Source: Klebsormidium nitens (Eukaryota; Plantae; Klebsormidiophyceae). Taken from it: a stretch of DNA of 64,000 nucleotides. Below, one piece after another: positions 1 to 10,921 of the stretch. The stretch covers positions 1 to 64,000 of the forward strand of contig DF237051.1 of assembly GCA_000708835.1 (NCBI GenBank), in the 5' to 3' direction. Numbering within the stretch: position 1 is the first letter of the stretch; every line of letters begins with the position of its first letter. Made by a program: the position numbers and the translations under genes. The notes beneath the pieces are model-generated. The model was not told where the DNA came from and ran no database searches. It saw only the letters and a program-made list of their open reading frames with translations.

Positions 1-601
1 GGCGTCGGACTGGAAGTATCCCAAGTCGCCGGCGCAAAGTTTCAAAAGAAAGTCCAGTCCGCAAAGGCTTGCGGACGCTGGTCAAAAGGGCGTTCGCACA
101 CAGCAACGGACGGTCAGATGACACACGCTGGCGGACGGTGAACAACACCTTTACTTAGGGTCCCAGATGACGATCCGGAATCGGAGGCTTGTGATCAGGG
201 GCGTCGGGGCTTCCGATAGCGCTGGACACCATGGAGCAATTTTCACAAACGCATCGACGAAAAGTTGCAGGACTTAGAGCATGTTGCGCCTAAAGAAAAA
301 GAGGCGAAGCGGTGTAAGAGAACGAGGCGTAAAAGCAAGTACGGCGGCGCTATTCCACGGACGTACGTAGGAATGGACGGAACGTACCGCCGGATAACCA
401 GGTAAACCCGGCCTCCTCGTAGCGAGGCTCATGCATGGTCACTCACGGGCCGGACTGCCAAGTTGAAAAGCTCACGCAATGTCAAACGTTTCATGAACAC
501 CGTCTTTCTAAATATCACATGCAAAAGTCGATATCCTTCTTCAGTTGGAATCAGGACATTGCCAGGAGGGTCCTGTGGTACATGACCCGTTCAAAATTGT
601 T

Positions 602-2801
602 TCATGCACGCCTGCTGCACGCTGCCAGCATATGGGGTCGGATCACGCTGCCTGGTGAAAATGATAGTTACTCTCAGACGCACAAACGGTACTGAGAGGC
701 AAATCCAACACCAACGGACAACGGGATCATATGAATCATCACCGCAAGAGGATAGTCAGAGAAGCCCAGAATAGTCGCCCAGAAAGGTGTCTGTCAGCAG
801 TTGAGCACATCTTTCAAAGACAGTTCTAAACGAACATGAACTCCCCGGCCCTTCAGGGCTCAGAAACTTCTCGTTATAAGGACACTGTCACTTACAAAAG
901 CGACCATGGTTTATCTAGTCACCGTCCAAGAGCCACCTTTAAGAAGGACAAGCGCACTGTACCTTCCCAACTTTTCTTCTTCTTACCACATCTTTCCCTG
1001 CCACAAACCGGCAACAAAGCGCTATCACATTTAGACACTTTCAAAACCAATCCAGGCAGTTCTCATGCACCCCTTTCCGGGTCCACTTCTTAGCTCCCAG
1101 CCAGAACTCCGAGATCCGAAACGCTGGGTGTGCGAAGAAAGCTGCACGTTTCTCAATGACACAAAACGGGCATGTGAAGCCACAAAGCGCCATGCCAATC
1201 GCACAGTTCTCAGACACAGACCAATCTGACATTCTACCTGAACTTTTTCCAAGTCTCCACCCTTACCTCCAAGCCAGAACTCCGAAATTCGAAAGGCTGG
1301 GTGTGCTAAGAAAGCTGCTCCAGCTTCGGCATCCTCCGCCCAGACGGCACGCATGGGGCACCGGGAGTCGGACGGGAGCCCTTCCTGAAGCATAACCACG
1401 CGGAAATTTGGCCACCTGCACTGGTAGAACTTGTCTTTGTCAGAATCGCAGTGGTCTTTCTGAAGTTGTTCGTACCTAGTCACCAGGCCTAGGACTGTGT
1501 AAAGCGATCGGCTTTACCTGGGGGCCAATTGGTCCTGGGAAAATGGGCTGCCAGAAATGAAAGTCGCGTTTGTCTTGCTAAAGAAAAGAGGGTGACAAAG
1601 AGAAGGCCATATGCGGCCAGCAAATCCTCCTTGGTCCTGGCCCCAGGCATAGAACCAGGTCATCAAATGAATTGAAATGATTTGCGTGCTTCTTGAAGGT
1701 ATCATCAAAAGGAAGCTTGCGTAGGCGGTACTGACTGTAAAACGATCAACCTCCAACTAGCTGATAGTCAGCTTGTTTGAGCAATCAAGATCACTGAGTC
1801 AGCTTAGATTTTGCCTTTCTTACATAGCTAGACAGTGACGCCCATTCATTCCTTCCACAAATCAGGAAATGGTGCCGATGGTTCGTATGCCAAATCACGA
1901 GGGTTTCGTTAAGGTCAAGATGCCCCGAGGCTCTAGATGACTCTCGCTCAAGGTAAGATATCATGATAAGTGTGGTTTACTTGGAATTTGTTAAGCAAAC
2001 CTCATGGAAATAGCTCAGCCCAGCCAGTCCGAAAGTGTAGAGGGAATCAAAACATCTTGACAGGACGATGGACATCGTGGATAAGATTTGCGCTTTTCTA
2101 AGAGAGAGGTCGTTGCCACCATCCAGGCGACCGAACAAAGTATGATCAGAGCAGGGATACGAGACATTAACCCACCCATACTAACACTGCGCAAAGGAGC
2201 GTGATAAATTTAGCAAGCCTTCAGAGCTGCCAGAGCAGGTTGAGAGTGGGCCCCACTTGACAGACGCGTAGATTTTGTCAGCATTACTTAAATCAACATC
2301 ATTGCCCTGCACTGAATGGAGCCCTTAGAGTCGTGACCTGTGTTTTTCACGTAAGCAGTCCACATAGCATCCTACTTGCAACTTCTGTCGCTGCTTGGGT
2401 TTTTCCAGCCTATGGGCGCATGGTCTTTGTCATCTAGACATGCCTGCTGATCCTAACCACTGGAGGGCCCCCGACTCCTGTCCCTCCTTTTCAACATTGC
2501 AGCACACCATGTCACCACCACCAGTCTAAATAACTGCCGAACCTTAGGAAACTTCCCAGAAGCCCTCTCACATGTCCACATGCCAACGCTGCCGGCTCAA
2601 ATTGTCCGCCGTGTGCCCCTCACCTGTCAACGTACCAATGCTGCCGGTCCGAGTTGTCCGCCGTGCGCCCCTCCTCCCGCATGACTTCTTCCCCCAAGAG
2701 GTATCCATGCACATTAAACGGAGGGTACACGTCGCCTCCCAGCTTCGCATTCAGGCTCTGCAGCAGCTGGGGCAGATCGCCCTTCCCCAACTGATACATT
2801 C
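602..2801 (-). CDS. Putative spliced gene of unknown function; candidate exons 2801-2625, 1475-1267, 651-602 (5' part unresolved)
   Basis: Phase-compatible GT-AG joins give ...QHWYVD R|YEQLQKDHCDSDKDKFYQCRWPNFRVVMLQEG...AAFLAHPAFRISEFWLG G|SVIRPHMLAACSRRA*. Donors are GTGAGG (2624) and GTAAGG (1266). The frame of 1475-1267 is supported by third-position-only differences to its duplicate at 1094-1145. No family recognised. Confidence 0.35.
1094..1318 (-). repeat. 52-bp exon-end duplication (1267-1318 with donor; echo 1094-1145 with GT changed to CT), spacing 173 bp
   Basis: GCAGCTTTCTTAGCACACCCAGCCTTTCGAATTTCGGAGTTCTGGCTTGGAG|GTAAG versus GCAGCTTTCTTCGCACACCCAGCGTTTCGGATCTCGGAGTTCTGGCTGGGAG|CTAAG (47/52 identical). 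Confidence 0.9.
2573..2676 (-). repeat. Direct tandem duplication, 52-bp unit, spanning a putative splice donor
   Basis: Adjacent units at 2573-2624 and 2625-2676 (+ strand tgtccacatgccaacgctgccggctc... / tgtcaacgtaccaatgctgccggtcc...), each followed by GTGAG on the minus strand. Confidence 0.85.
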
Positions 2802-3820
2802 CTGCTTGACTATGGCGCGCTCTGCAACACCCTGATTTGGGAAATGCTGATAGCGATTGAGCAGCTTGCAGCTTCACTGCGTGGCGCCAGAACTTATGGT
2901 ACCCAGCGCGTGCCCTCAGTCCTCCCAGGCACAGTTGGGCGCTCATTCCCAGCCACTGCTGATCTCTTTCATAAGGACCGCGGCGCAGAATTCAAAACTA
3001 GTGACTCTTCCCATTGCAATGTGGACTTTGCCGCCGCTCTTGAGACGGATAGTGCTGCTCCCCCCACATCCCTCTTCACACCTCCCGAAGTCTCGCACTG
3101 GAGCGCTGATTCAAATCCTTGTCGACATCTGACGTTGAAGCTGGGATCAAGTTTGAAAACTCGAAAGTAGTGGAGTCTTGACTGTTGAAGTGTCACTGCC
3201 CTCCGACAGCCTAACTTGAAGGAGTCAGGAGGATTTCGAAGCTAGGGAGCAAAGACCGAATTGTTGAACGCCGCGTGGCACAGATGATCACGTGGCAAAC
3301 AGCTGCGGCCAATCAGGTCACCTTGTCGTGATTACGCTTCTTTTGGCGCGAGAACTCATTCAATTTTGAACTGGAGCTTTCAACTGATGGCACTATTATG
3401 CATGAATTGTGAACGACTGCAAAAGGGGGGACGGGAAAACCGAGACGTGGTTTTTCTTGCCATTTGGACGCCTGCGCTCAGCCTCTGGGATGAATGTTCA
3501 ACGTTAGAAGCTGCCAGGATCATCAAGGTGGCGCAGCTCGATCAATTGGTAGGTTGTCAAAAAGCCCTTCACACGACCTACGTTGGCTGCAAAAGCTCGG
3601 AGCAGCACCTCAGAATATCTTCAGACTGAAAACGGGGCAAGCGGGCAGAGCGGGGGATGTTGGCATCGGGTGCTTGAGCGTTTGAGAGCAAATACTGGGG
3701 TGCAGCATCAACCACTTGCGTCTCTGACTTCTGATATAGTGAAAGTTTGTGAGGGTGGTGGTCGCTCCATTCAATCTCAATTTATTGTGGCCTCACATTT
3801 GGAATCCATCTCAACCCAAA

Positions 3821-6800
3821 ATGGGGGCTGGAATGGCCAAACTCTCCGTGGCACTGACCAGCGAGCTTCTGGCAATCCCAAATGCTCCCTTGCCACGAGA
3901 AGCGCACAGTACGGTGGACCTGGGGAATGGGAGGCTGCTTGTCTTTGGGGGAGGCAGCAGTGTGGACGAAGAGGCTGAGCAATACAATGATGTGGTGAGC
4001 GGTCATTTGATTCTGGCTCTGCTGCTGATTGCAGACTCCTGATAAAAAAGCGCTTTTATTCCAAGATAGTCCTGCCAACTCTGAGGATCTTTGGTTGGTG
4101 GTAAGTGCAAAGTGGATGCACCTTCGCAGTCAATGACAAATCTGTCAGTTGCTGTTGACCTTCTCTTGATGAGGTCTTAGGGTGACTTTCAAAACAGACT
4201 ACACAGGTCTGAATATGCTCAAACATGAGCAATTGTAGGGGCGAAAGCTGACTTACCTCCTCATGTAGTGCCTTCAAGGCACTCAACCGCGCAATAACTT
4301 AATACATGTTGCGTCATCGCTTTAGGAAGATCTGCAATCTGTACCATTGGTCAAATCTGACAGTGATCAAATCTGACATGTCTCAATCTCAAGTACTTTG
4401 ACAGGGCCTGTTTACACCTCAGCGTCCTTGTGCAGCACATCCTAGACATTGGACAGCATAGCTGGACAAAAGTGAAGACCAAAGGGACACCGCCAGCTCC
4501 AAGGACGGGGCAAACGGCAGCGCTTCTCCCTGATGGCCGGGTGTTTGTGTTTGGCGGTTGCTCTATGGACAGCGGGTGAGCACCATTGGCAAAATTGGCC
4601 ACCTCTTTTCTTCAGGCCTAGAGGAGTTTTGCTGGCGGAGTTGCTACATTATGAAAATTGCAGCTGGAGATGTTGCATGGCCGGGGGGTTCAGTGTTGGA
4701 GGTTGCTACGAGGACAGCGGGTGGAACATCTGCTAGCTTCATCGACCAATTTTGACCACCTCTCCTCAGGACAGAGAGAGCATGCCTATGACTGTTTATA
4801 TGTCATGAGGATTGCAGCTAGAGTTGTTGCACGACGAGCTCTTCGTGGAATCGAGCTGCAGTTAGATCAAAGAGGGAGGGAAAGACGTCGTGCCAGCAGC
4901 TGTGGTTTCAAGGACTGATTTACTTGCCGTGATGACGATGAGTCTGAGGACCCAGTTGTGATATTACAGACACTGCAAACCCTGCTGACAGTCGTCCCTG
5001 GGAGTCTCCTCGTGGCCTGGGTTGAGCACTGTATCCATCTGTGAAGGCGACTTCTATAGCTTCAAAGCACTTATCGCCAATCTTGTCACTTTGTTGCACC
5101 TGCAGGTACTTGAATGACACGCACACTCTCGACACGAGCACCTTCACTTGGACCCAACCCTCCACCTCGGGCTCCCCTCCCACTCCTCGTGACAAGCACA
5201 CTTCATTCAGCCTTGGCAGCAAAGTGTACATCTTCGGAGGCTTCGGCCCTGAGCCGGAAAGCACAACACCAGAGGCAGCAGAGGAGCCAGTCAAGGGTCT
5301 AGATGACCTAAGCTCAGAAGGGGACGAATGGGAGACAGACGACGAGGGAGGCCCGAGCGCACGGCCTGGCGGGATGGACTTCACGTGGTTCAATGACCTG
5401 CACGTGTTTGACGCGAGCACCGGGGAGTGGAGGGAAGTGGAGACAACGGGACAAACGCCAAGGTGAAGAGTCTCAGCCTTTTGCCAACAGGCTGCCAAAA
5501 GATCCTGTTGGAATACGGTTAATTGGCGAGGACGCCCTTTTAAAACTACAGAGGCAGAGAAGCTGCACCTCTTGAAGCTGTCTTCACGGTCTCTGACTTA
5601 TCCTACAAATGACGCGTCCTACATCTGGCAACATCGTGGGGGTACTGTATTCTGTTTCTACACGAGTAGTTTGTCAAATTTGGCACAGTTTCGAAAGGTC
5701 CGAAAGGATCAGGTGGAAGCGGTGTGACTAGCTTTAACCGATGGGCAGCTTATGCATTCTGCCCGCGTGATGTACCGTTCAACTAAGTGAGGAAATAGAT
5801 TAGTCGTGAGCGAAAGCTCACCCGCTTTTCTAAAGAGCTCATTTGGTAGGGATTGGTTGTACATTTTTCGCGCTGATTTTAAGTGGCTAACAGCCAAAGA
5901 TTATCCAGGCACTTGTTTACGCAGTCCTCGAGCAGCAGCGGCGGCAGTCCTGGTGCCTTCCTCAGAATCAGGTCAGAGTGCGGGACCTACACGTCTTATC
6001 CTGTTTGGTGGAAGGGACTCGGCAGGCAGACAGAATGATCTGTACAGGTGGGTGTAGCTCCATTACTAGTCGTTCCACTTTCTTTGGGCTGTGAGCTTGC
6101 TGGCTTTATACCAGAAGTCCCTGCTTTGGCAAGGCTTGTTATTGACCGTTGAGAATCGATTCGAATGATAAGACGTGATTGCACGTCTTTGTTTTCCTGC
6201 TCTGGTCACTCGTTCTACATTCACATCAGCTATCTTGTCAGTTCAGCTCGTTGAGGAGGGGCTTCCGTCCTCTGTCTGCATGGCATCTCGATGCACTTTA
6301 AAAGCGTCTATGATCTACCATGGATGCTTAAACACGACAAAAGTTCCAAGGATCATTCTGAAAAGTTGCTCGCAGGAAATCTTGTGTTCGAAGACTGCTC
6401 GGACGACCGATCCAGACCTATTGCTCAAGATGTCTTCTAAAGCCTGGGGCCAGACGCCTGGCACGCTTTGCATCTGGTGCAATTCATTCGCACTCGAACC
6501 TCGACCAGATTCTAGGGGGCCATTTCAGAACTATACGAAAAGAAGCAGATTTCCTCCCGCGATTACGATGGAAAACGAGTGACTTTTTGAGGAGAGGAGT
6601 CACCTCTGATGACCACTGCCCATGGAGAATGACTCCTTGTTCCAGCAGCGTATCCTTCCGTTATCCTGTGACTGGAAGGTTTTTAACCTGAAACTACCAG
6701 ATCCGAGACTTCCTAACTTCCTAAATCGACAGTCCCAGACCCGTTTTGCAGTCTCGACATGAGTTCGTTCGTATGGAAGCAAGAACGGCCGAGCAATCCG

Positions 6801-7633
6801 GCGTCCGCTCCCGTGGCCGAGAGCCAAGGCTCGGAGGATCCCGCCACGGCCGGACCTGCGCCCGACGCCCCGGCCGCCCCCGCTGCACGGTCGTTCCACT
6901 CGATGGCACTTCTACCCGGAACCGCTTTCGGGTTGCTTTACGGGGGCGTCGGCCTGAAGAACGAGAACTTTCAAGGTACGTGTTACAGCACAACCGATGC
7001 TTTGACCGCTGGGTGGTCTGCTTGTTCTGCCGGTTCACTGATGAACAATCGGAGTCGGACAGGGCTGCCTATAGTTTCGCTAGGAGAGTCTTTCACGAGG
7101 GGCACATCTTCCTTCCACATCAAATACATAACCAGGTGTTTTGGACAAGCGTTTCATTGTGTCAGTTCCTTGTAACATTCTCGGAACGGACAAGACATTG
7201 CTTTGCATGCGGGCGCTTTTCGATCGAGACCCCTCTGTGCTTAAGCAGAGTAGTGTCCTGCTTCTATATTCCCCTGTTGACAGGAGCTGCCTTCGGCATT
7301 TTCTTTTTCTCTTCTGGCGCTCCTGTCCGACCCCGTACCGCTACCCTTTGTCCAGGTCTTGACGTCCTCAATACGGAGACGATGGACTGGTCGTCTGTGG
7401 GCTCGTTAGAAGGCACGTGGCCGTCCCCCCGAGGCGCGTGCTCCACAACCGTGATCCAAGAAGCCCCTGAGAGCAGCCCAAAGATGGTCATCTTCGGTGG
7501 GTCATCAGACTGGGAGGGTGGGAAGGCAGGGTTCCACAACGACGTGTTTGTGACGGATCTTGCACCGTTGATGGAGTTACTGAAGAAGAGCGAGAGTGCT
7601 GATGGCAATGGAAACGCTCGGCAAGTTATGTAG
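3821..7633 (+). CDS. Kelch-repeat beta-propeller protein; exons 3821(or 3833)-3994, 4436-4575, 5106-5462, 5925-6047, 6752-6975, 7356-7633
   Basis: Repeated Kelch motifs PREAHSTV..LLVFGG, PRTGQTAA..VFVFGG, PRDKHTS..VYIFGG, PRAAAAA..LILFGG, ARSFHSMA..LLYGG, PRGACST..VIFGG, with ND/W spacing. All joins are GT-AG and phase-consistent. Confidence 0.9.
4677..4725 (+). repeat. Intronic echo of the 3' end and donor of Kelch exon 2 (spacing 145 bp)
   Basis: ATGGCCGGGGGGTTCAGTGTTGGAGGTTGCTACGAGGACAGCGG|GTGG versus exon ATGGCCGGGTGTTTGTGTTTGGCGGTTGCTCTATGGACAGCGG|GTGA. Confidence 0.75.
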
Positions 7634-8963
7634 AGACAGGCGGCCCTTATCTTCTTGGGTTTCCTCAAGCATACAACTCGAGACAGATTATGAAGGGACC
7701 AATCTATTCTAGAATTCTGTCCATATTGGCGAAGCCGCTTGCTTCTGAATCAAACTTCTAGATAATCGTAGTTGGTGGAGATCAAGCCGCAGGCCAATTG
7801 TGGTGTTGTGACACAATGTTGACCTGCTGCCGGACGCGGACCGAGTATGTTACTTTTAGGACCATCGATCTTATACGCTGATCGTTGCAAGTTCAAGATT
7901 GGATCGCGGAGTTGGAAATGTTTATTGATTAGATGGTCCCCTCGTGCAACCGTCGTACCATACTTGAAGTTTAAGATGCATGTCCATAAGCCGGAACTTG
8001 CTTCGCATATCCGTTGATTTGAGAACATTCGATAGAATGTTATAAGCCTGTGCACAGCTCCCAAATTACATGCTGGCTGCGAACTACCGGCCGCCATCTA
8101 GCTATCCTACAGCTCAATTTAATGAGGTTGAACGTGGCCCATGCAATCATGAGCCTCGAGCTAGCAATAGCAGGCTCATCCCAAGCTAGAGAACGTATCA
8201 TTCTACTGTAGATCATGTTCCCAAATTCACGATTCAAATTTATAGGCTACATACTATAGCGCATGATGCATCAGTGCATGCCGCATATGCGTCTGATAAG
8301 GGCCGGCCTACACTCGGCCTGCTGGGGCTGCCCATATAAATACGTCGGAACTAGCGCGTGCATGGCATGAGCATGCCCGAATCAAAATATATTGCAATTG
8401 ATGGTCTGCCCACGACTCAACTGGATCAAAATATCAGATTGTAAAGGTGCTAGCTATCGCTGCATCTATCACGATGCCGCCTTGCCAGAATGTAAGCACC
8501 GCTATCGATCTTGCCACATGCAGTAAGACGTCATGCGCCTCGATCCCGGATCGGAATCACATGCCAAACACGAGAACCAGCACGATTTCCAACTGGCAGG
8601 ACCAGCTGCTATGATGAAGTTGCGACTCATGTAGGTCATGCAGATTTCCAGATTTCGAGTTGTACAAACAAGGTGAGCAGCCAGTATCGTGCTGGGCATG
8701 TCACCGCAAGGTTCTTCTCCACCAAAAAGCGGGTACAGCTTTGTACAGACGAATCAACTACTCTGAAAAGGACACCAAAGCAAGCTACACGCATAAGTCT
8801 CTCGGGACTCCTACTCTCCCCTTTGAAGACGGCCATGAAACCAAGAGTTCACGAACAAGGAACACTCGGACTTATGCCAACAAACGGTCACGACCTTCCC
8901 TCGCCCCCCCTTTCAGAGGTGTCCAAATGGCAGATCGTGACGACACTCAGCCCTCCTAAACGT

Positions 8964-10426
8964 CTACCTCCGGACTGTGTTCGACTTATTGCGCTTCTCG
9001 CGCTCGCGCCGCTCCTTCTTCTGCTCGTTCTGCGCCAGGATGACCATGAGCCGCACGAAGATGGCCACAAAGTCGACAAACAGATCAAGCGCATGCTTGA
9101 TGTGATCCTTCTCCCCGCGCACCGCACGCTCCACAATGACCTGCGTGTCGTAGATGACGTACGCGCAGAAGACGAGCAGGCCAGCGTACAGCTCGAGCTG
9201 AACAGAGCGAAGAGGAAATATCAGGTACTGTGCAGGCCCACAAGGAACCTGACCCCAACCTAGAATTGGAACCTGTGCCGAACTTAGGTCACACCTGTGC
9301 AAAAGCTGACAGCTCGACCTGGAAGGAGGGCTTGATGTTTTGTGGTTTGTGAGTTTTCCAAGTTTTGTAAGTATCCTGGATTGCTCAGATTGTTGTTTGC
9401 AACTCATTGTGATACACCTGCAAGCAGTTAGTGAGCAGGCCCGCAAGGAACCTGTCCCCAACCTAGCCCAGGGATCTTTTAGGTGAAAACAATAGCTAAG
9501 TGACATAAAGCATAGACAGAAGTTCAGCACAGACCAGAAACGTTGTGGATGAGAAGTTTGACTAACACGGTATGACACACAAACATTTGAGATTAAAAAG
9601 CGCAGGCTTTGCAAGTCAAGGAGATATGATCCCAGATTCTTCACAAAGCATAGTAAACGCAGACAATAAAGCAAAGTCAGTGCGCCAAATGAAGCGTGAG
9701 AGACCAGAGTCAACAGCCACAAAATTGGATTCAAGGGATCCCTCCGTAACAGAACCCTCCTCCATAGTAGAGACCCCACTGAAGGTCCAGGGATTCCTTG
9801 ACATGTATCAAAACGCGAACAGCATGGATATCAAATTGAGGGTTAAACAGTAGGACAGGCAACCTGTAAAAACGCTGTCTTTTGTGCGAACTTACCTGGA
9901 ACATCGCAGCGCTCCTGCCAAAGAGCCACGACCCCAGGTGCAGCATCATCATGACACTGACCGCCGAAGACAGGACTCCTCCCAGATACAGGTAGCTCCT
10001 CCTCTGCGCCAGAAGCGCGGCTCCGCTGAAACATGCAAAGACGGCCGTCGTGCCCAGGAATGCCATGAGTACGATGCTAGGATCAATTGCTAGGATGACT
10101 TGAACCAGGGTTCCCAAGGAACACCCCTGCAGAAACGCTGCCCCCATCAAAAGGCTCATCCTCTTCCCTTCCTGAGCCGGGGTTGCTGGTGTCATGGTCA
10201 GCCATATGGTCAGGCCAATGAAACCCAGATGGGTTAGGGTGCCACCCAGGTTCAGGAGAGTGTGCGCATAGACTCCAACTGCCGCAACCAGGACTGCAGC
10301 AGTTAGGGTTATGTACACCCGCTGCAGGTGCTTCTGGACCCCGCTCGACAGCGCGTTGAAGTTCTTCAGGGCGTCGAAGCTGACGTTGGCGTTGCGGCCC
10401 TCAAAGTAAGATGTGAAGCTCTCCAT
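8964..10426 (-). CDS. BI-1: Bax inhibitor-1 (TMBIM6 family), 254 aa; exons 10426-9896 and 9197-8964
   Basis: SFDALKNF..VQKHLQRVYITL, FACFSGAALLAQRRSYLYLGG, ELYAGLLVFCAYVIYDTQVIVERA, DHIKHALDLFVDFVAIFVR and a lysine-rich tail. The intron is phase-0 GTAAGT...CAG. Confidence 0.96.
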
Positions 10427-10710
10427 CTTCCGTTCCTTATTGGCACAGACTTCGCGCGCCGCTTCCTTGAGGGGCAACGTTGAAGGGAGAAAGCAAGCAG
10501 CAACCTTTGGCGTCAAGGCAAGGATATTACCTCTAAGAGAAGCTATTTTTATATGACCTTGCAAAGCCTTGCTAGCGCCTATGCATGTAGTCCTACCCAC
10601 CTCCCAAACTTAAAGCTCAAGATTGCAAATTGCATCGAAGGTTCGAGATCGAAAACCGCGCGAGGGTTTTCAGCAGGCCTGAGCAGGCATGAGCAGGCCA
10701 AAATCGGGAG

Positions 10711-10734
10711 TTAGGGTTTGAGATTATTAGGGTT
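10711..10734. promoter_or_regulatory. Telo-box-like motifs (TTAGGGTTT, TTAGGGTT) in the short divergent interval between BI-1 and CEP41
   Basis: Motifs at 10711-10719 and 10727-10734. Plant telo-box AAACCCTA is an established promoter element; function here is inferred. Confidence 0.35.
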
Positions 10735-10921
10735 CGTTAGCCTGTTACATATTGCATGCAAACGAAATTAGGGGTGCATCAAACCTAATATCAAAATCGA
10801 ACAGTGTTTTGAAAGAAGCTCCAAACAGCGCTCAACTTTCAAGGTTTCTACTTCATAGAAAGCTGCTGTAAAGAACCCTCTGTTCAAACCCCTAAATGAA
10901 AGAAGGTGCATCCTCCAGGAG

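Noticed and set aside
221-404. Open frame HKRIDEKLQDLEHVAPKEKEAKRCKRTRRKSKYGG...* that could be a terminal exon
   Set aside because: Short, no upstream context in the window, no recognisable motif.
1267-1475. AVWAED...EFWLG resembles the EXO5 C-terminus (TVWAED...DYWFG)
   Set aside because: Lacks the CxxC Fe-S cysteines and all nuclease motifs; probably chance.
1476-1756. Alternative exon 1756-1518 joined by a 42-nt intron
   Set aside because: Phase fits, but the intron is far shorter than any other in the window.
6746-7355. N-terminal part of the 295-aa ORF
   Set aside because: Off-frame overlap with a Kelch exon plus intron; only 7356-7633 is coding in this frame.
8511-9263. 250-aa plus-strand ORF
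   Set aside because: Largely the antisense shadow of BI-1 exon 2 and its 3' region.
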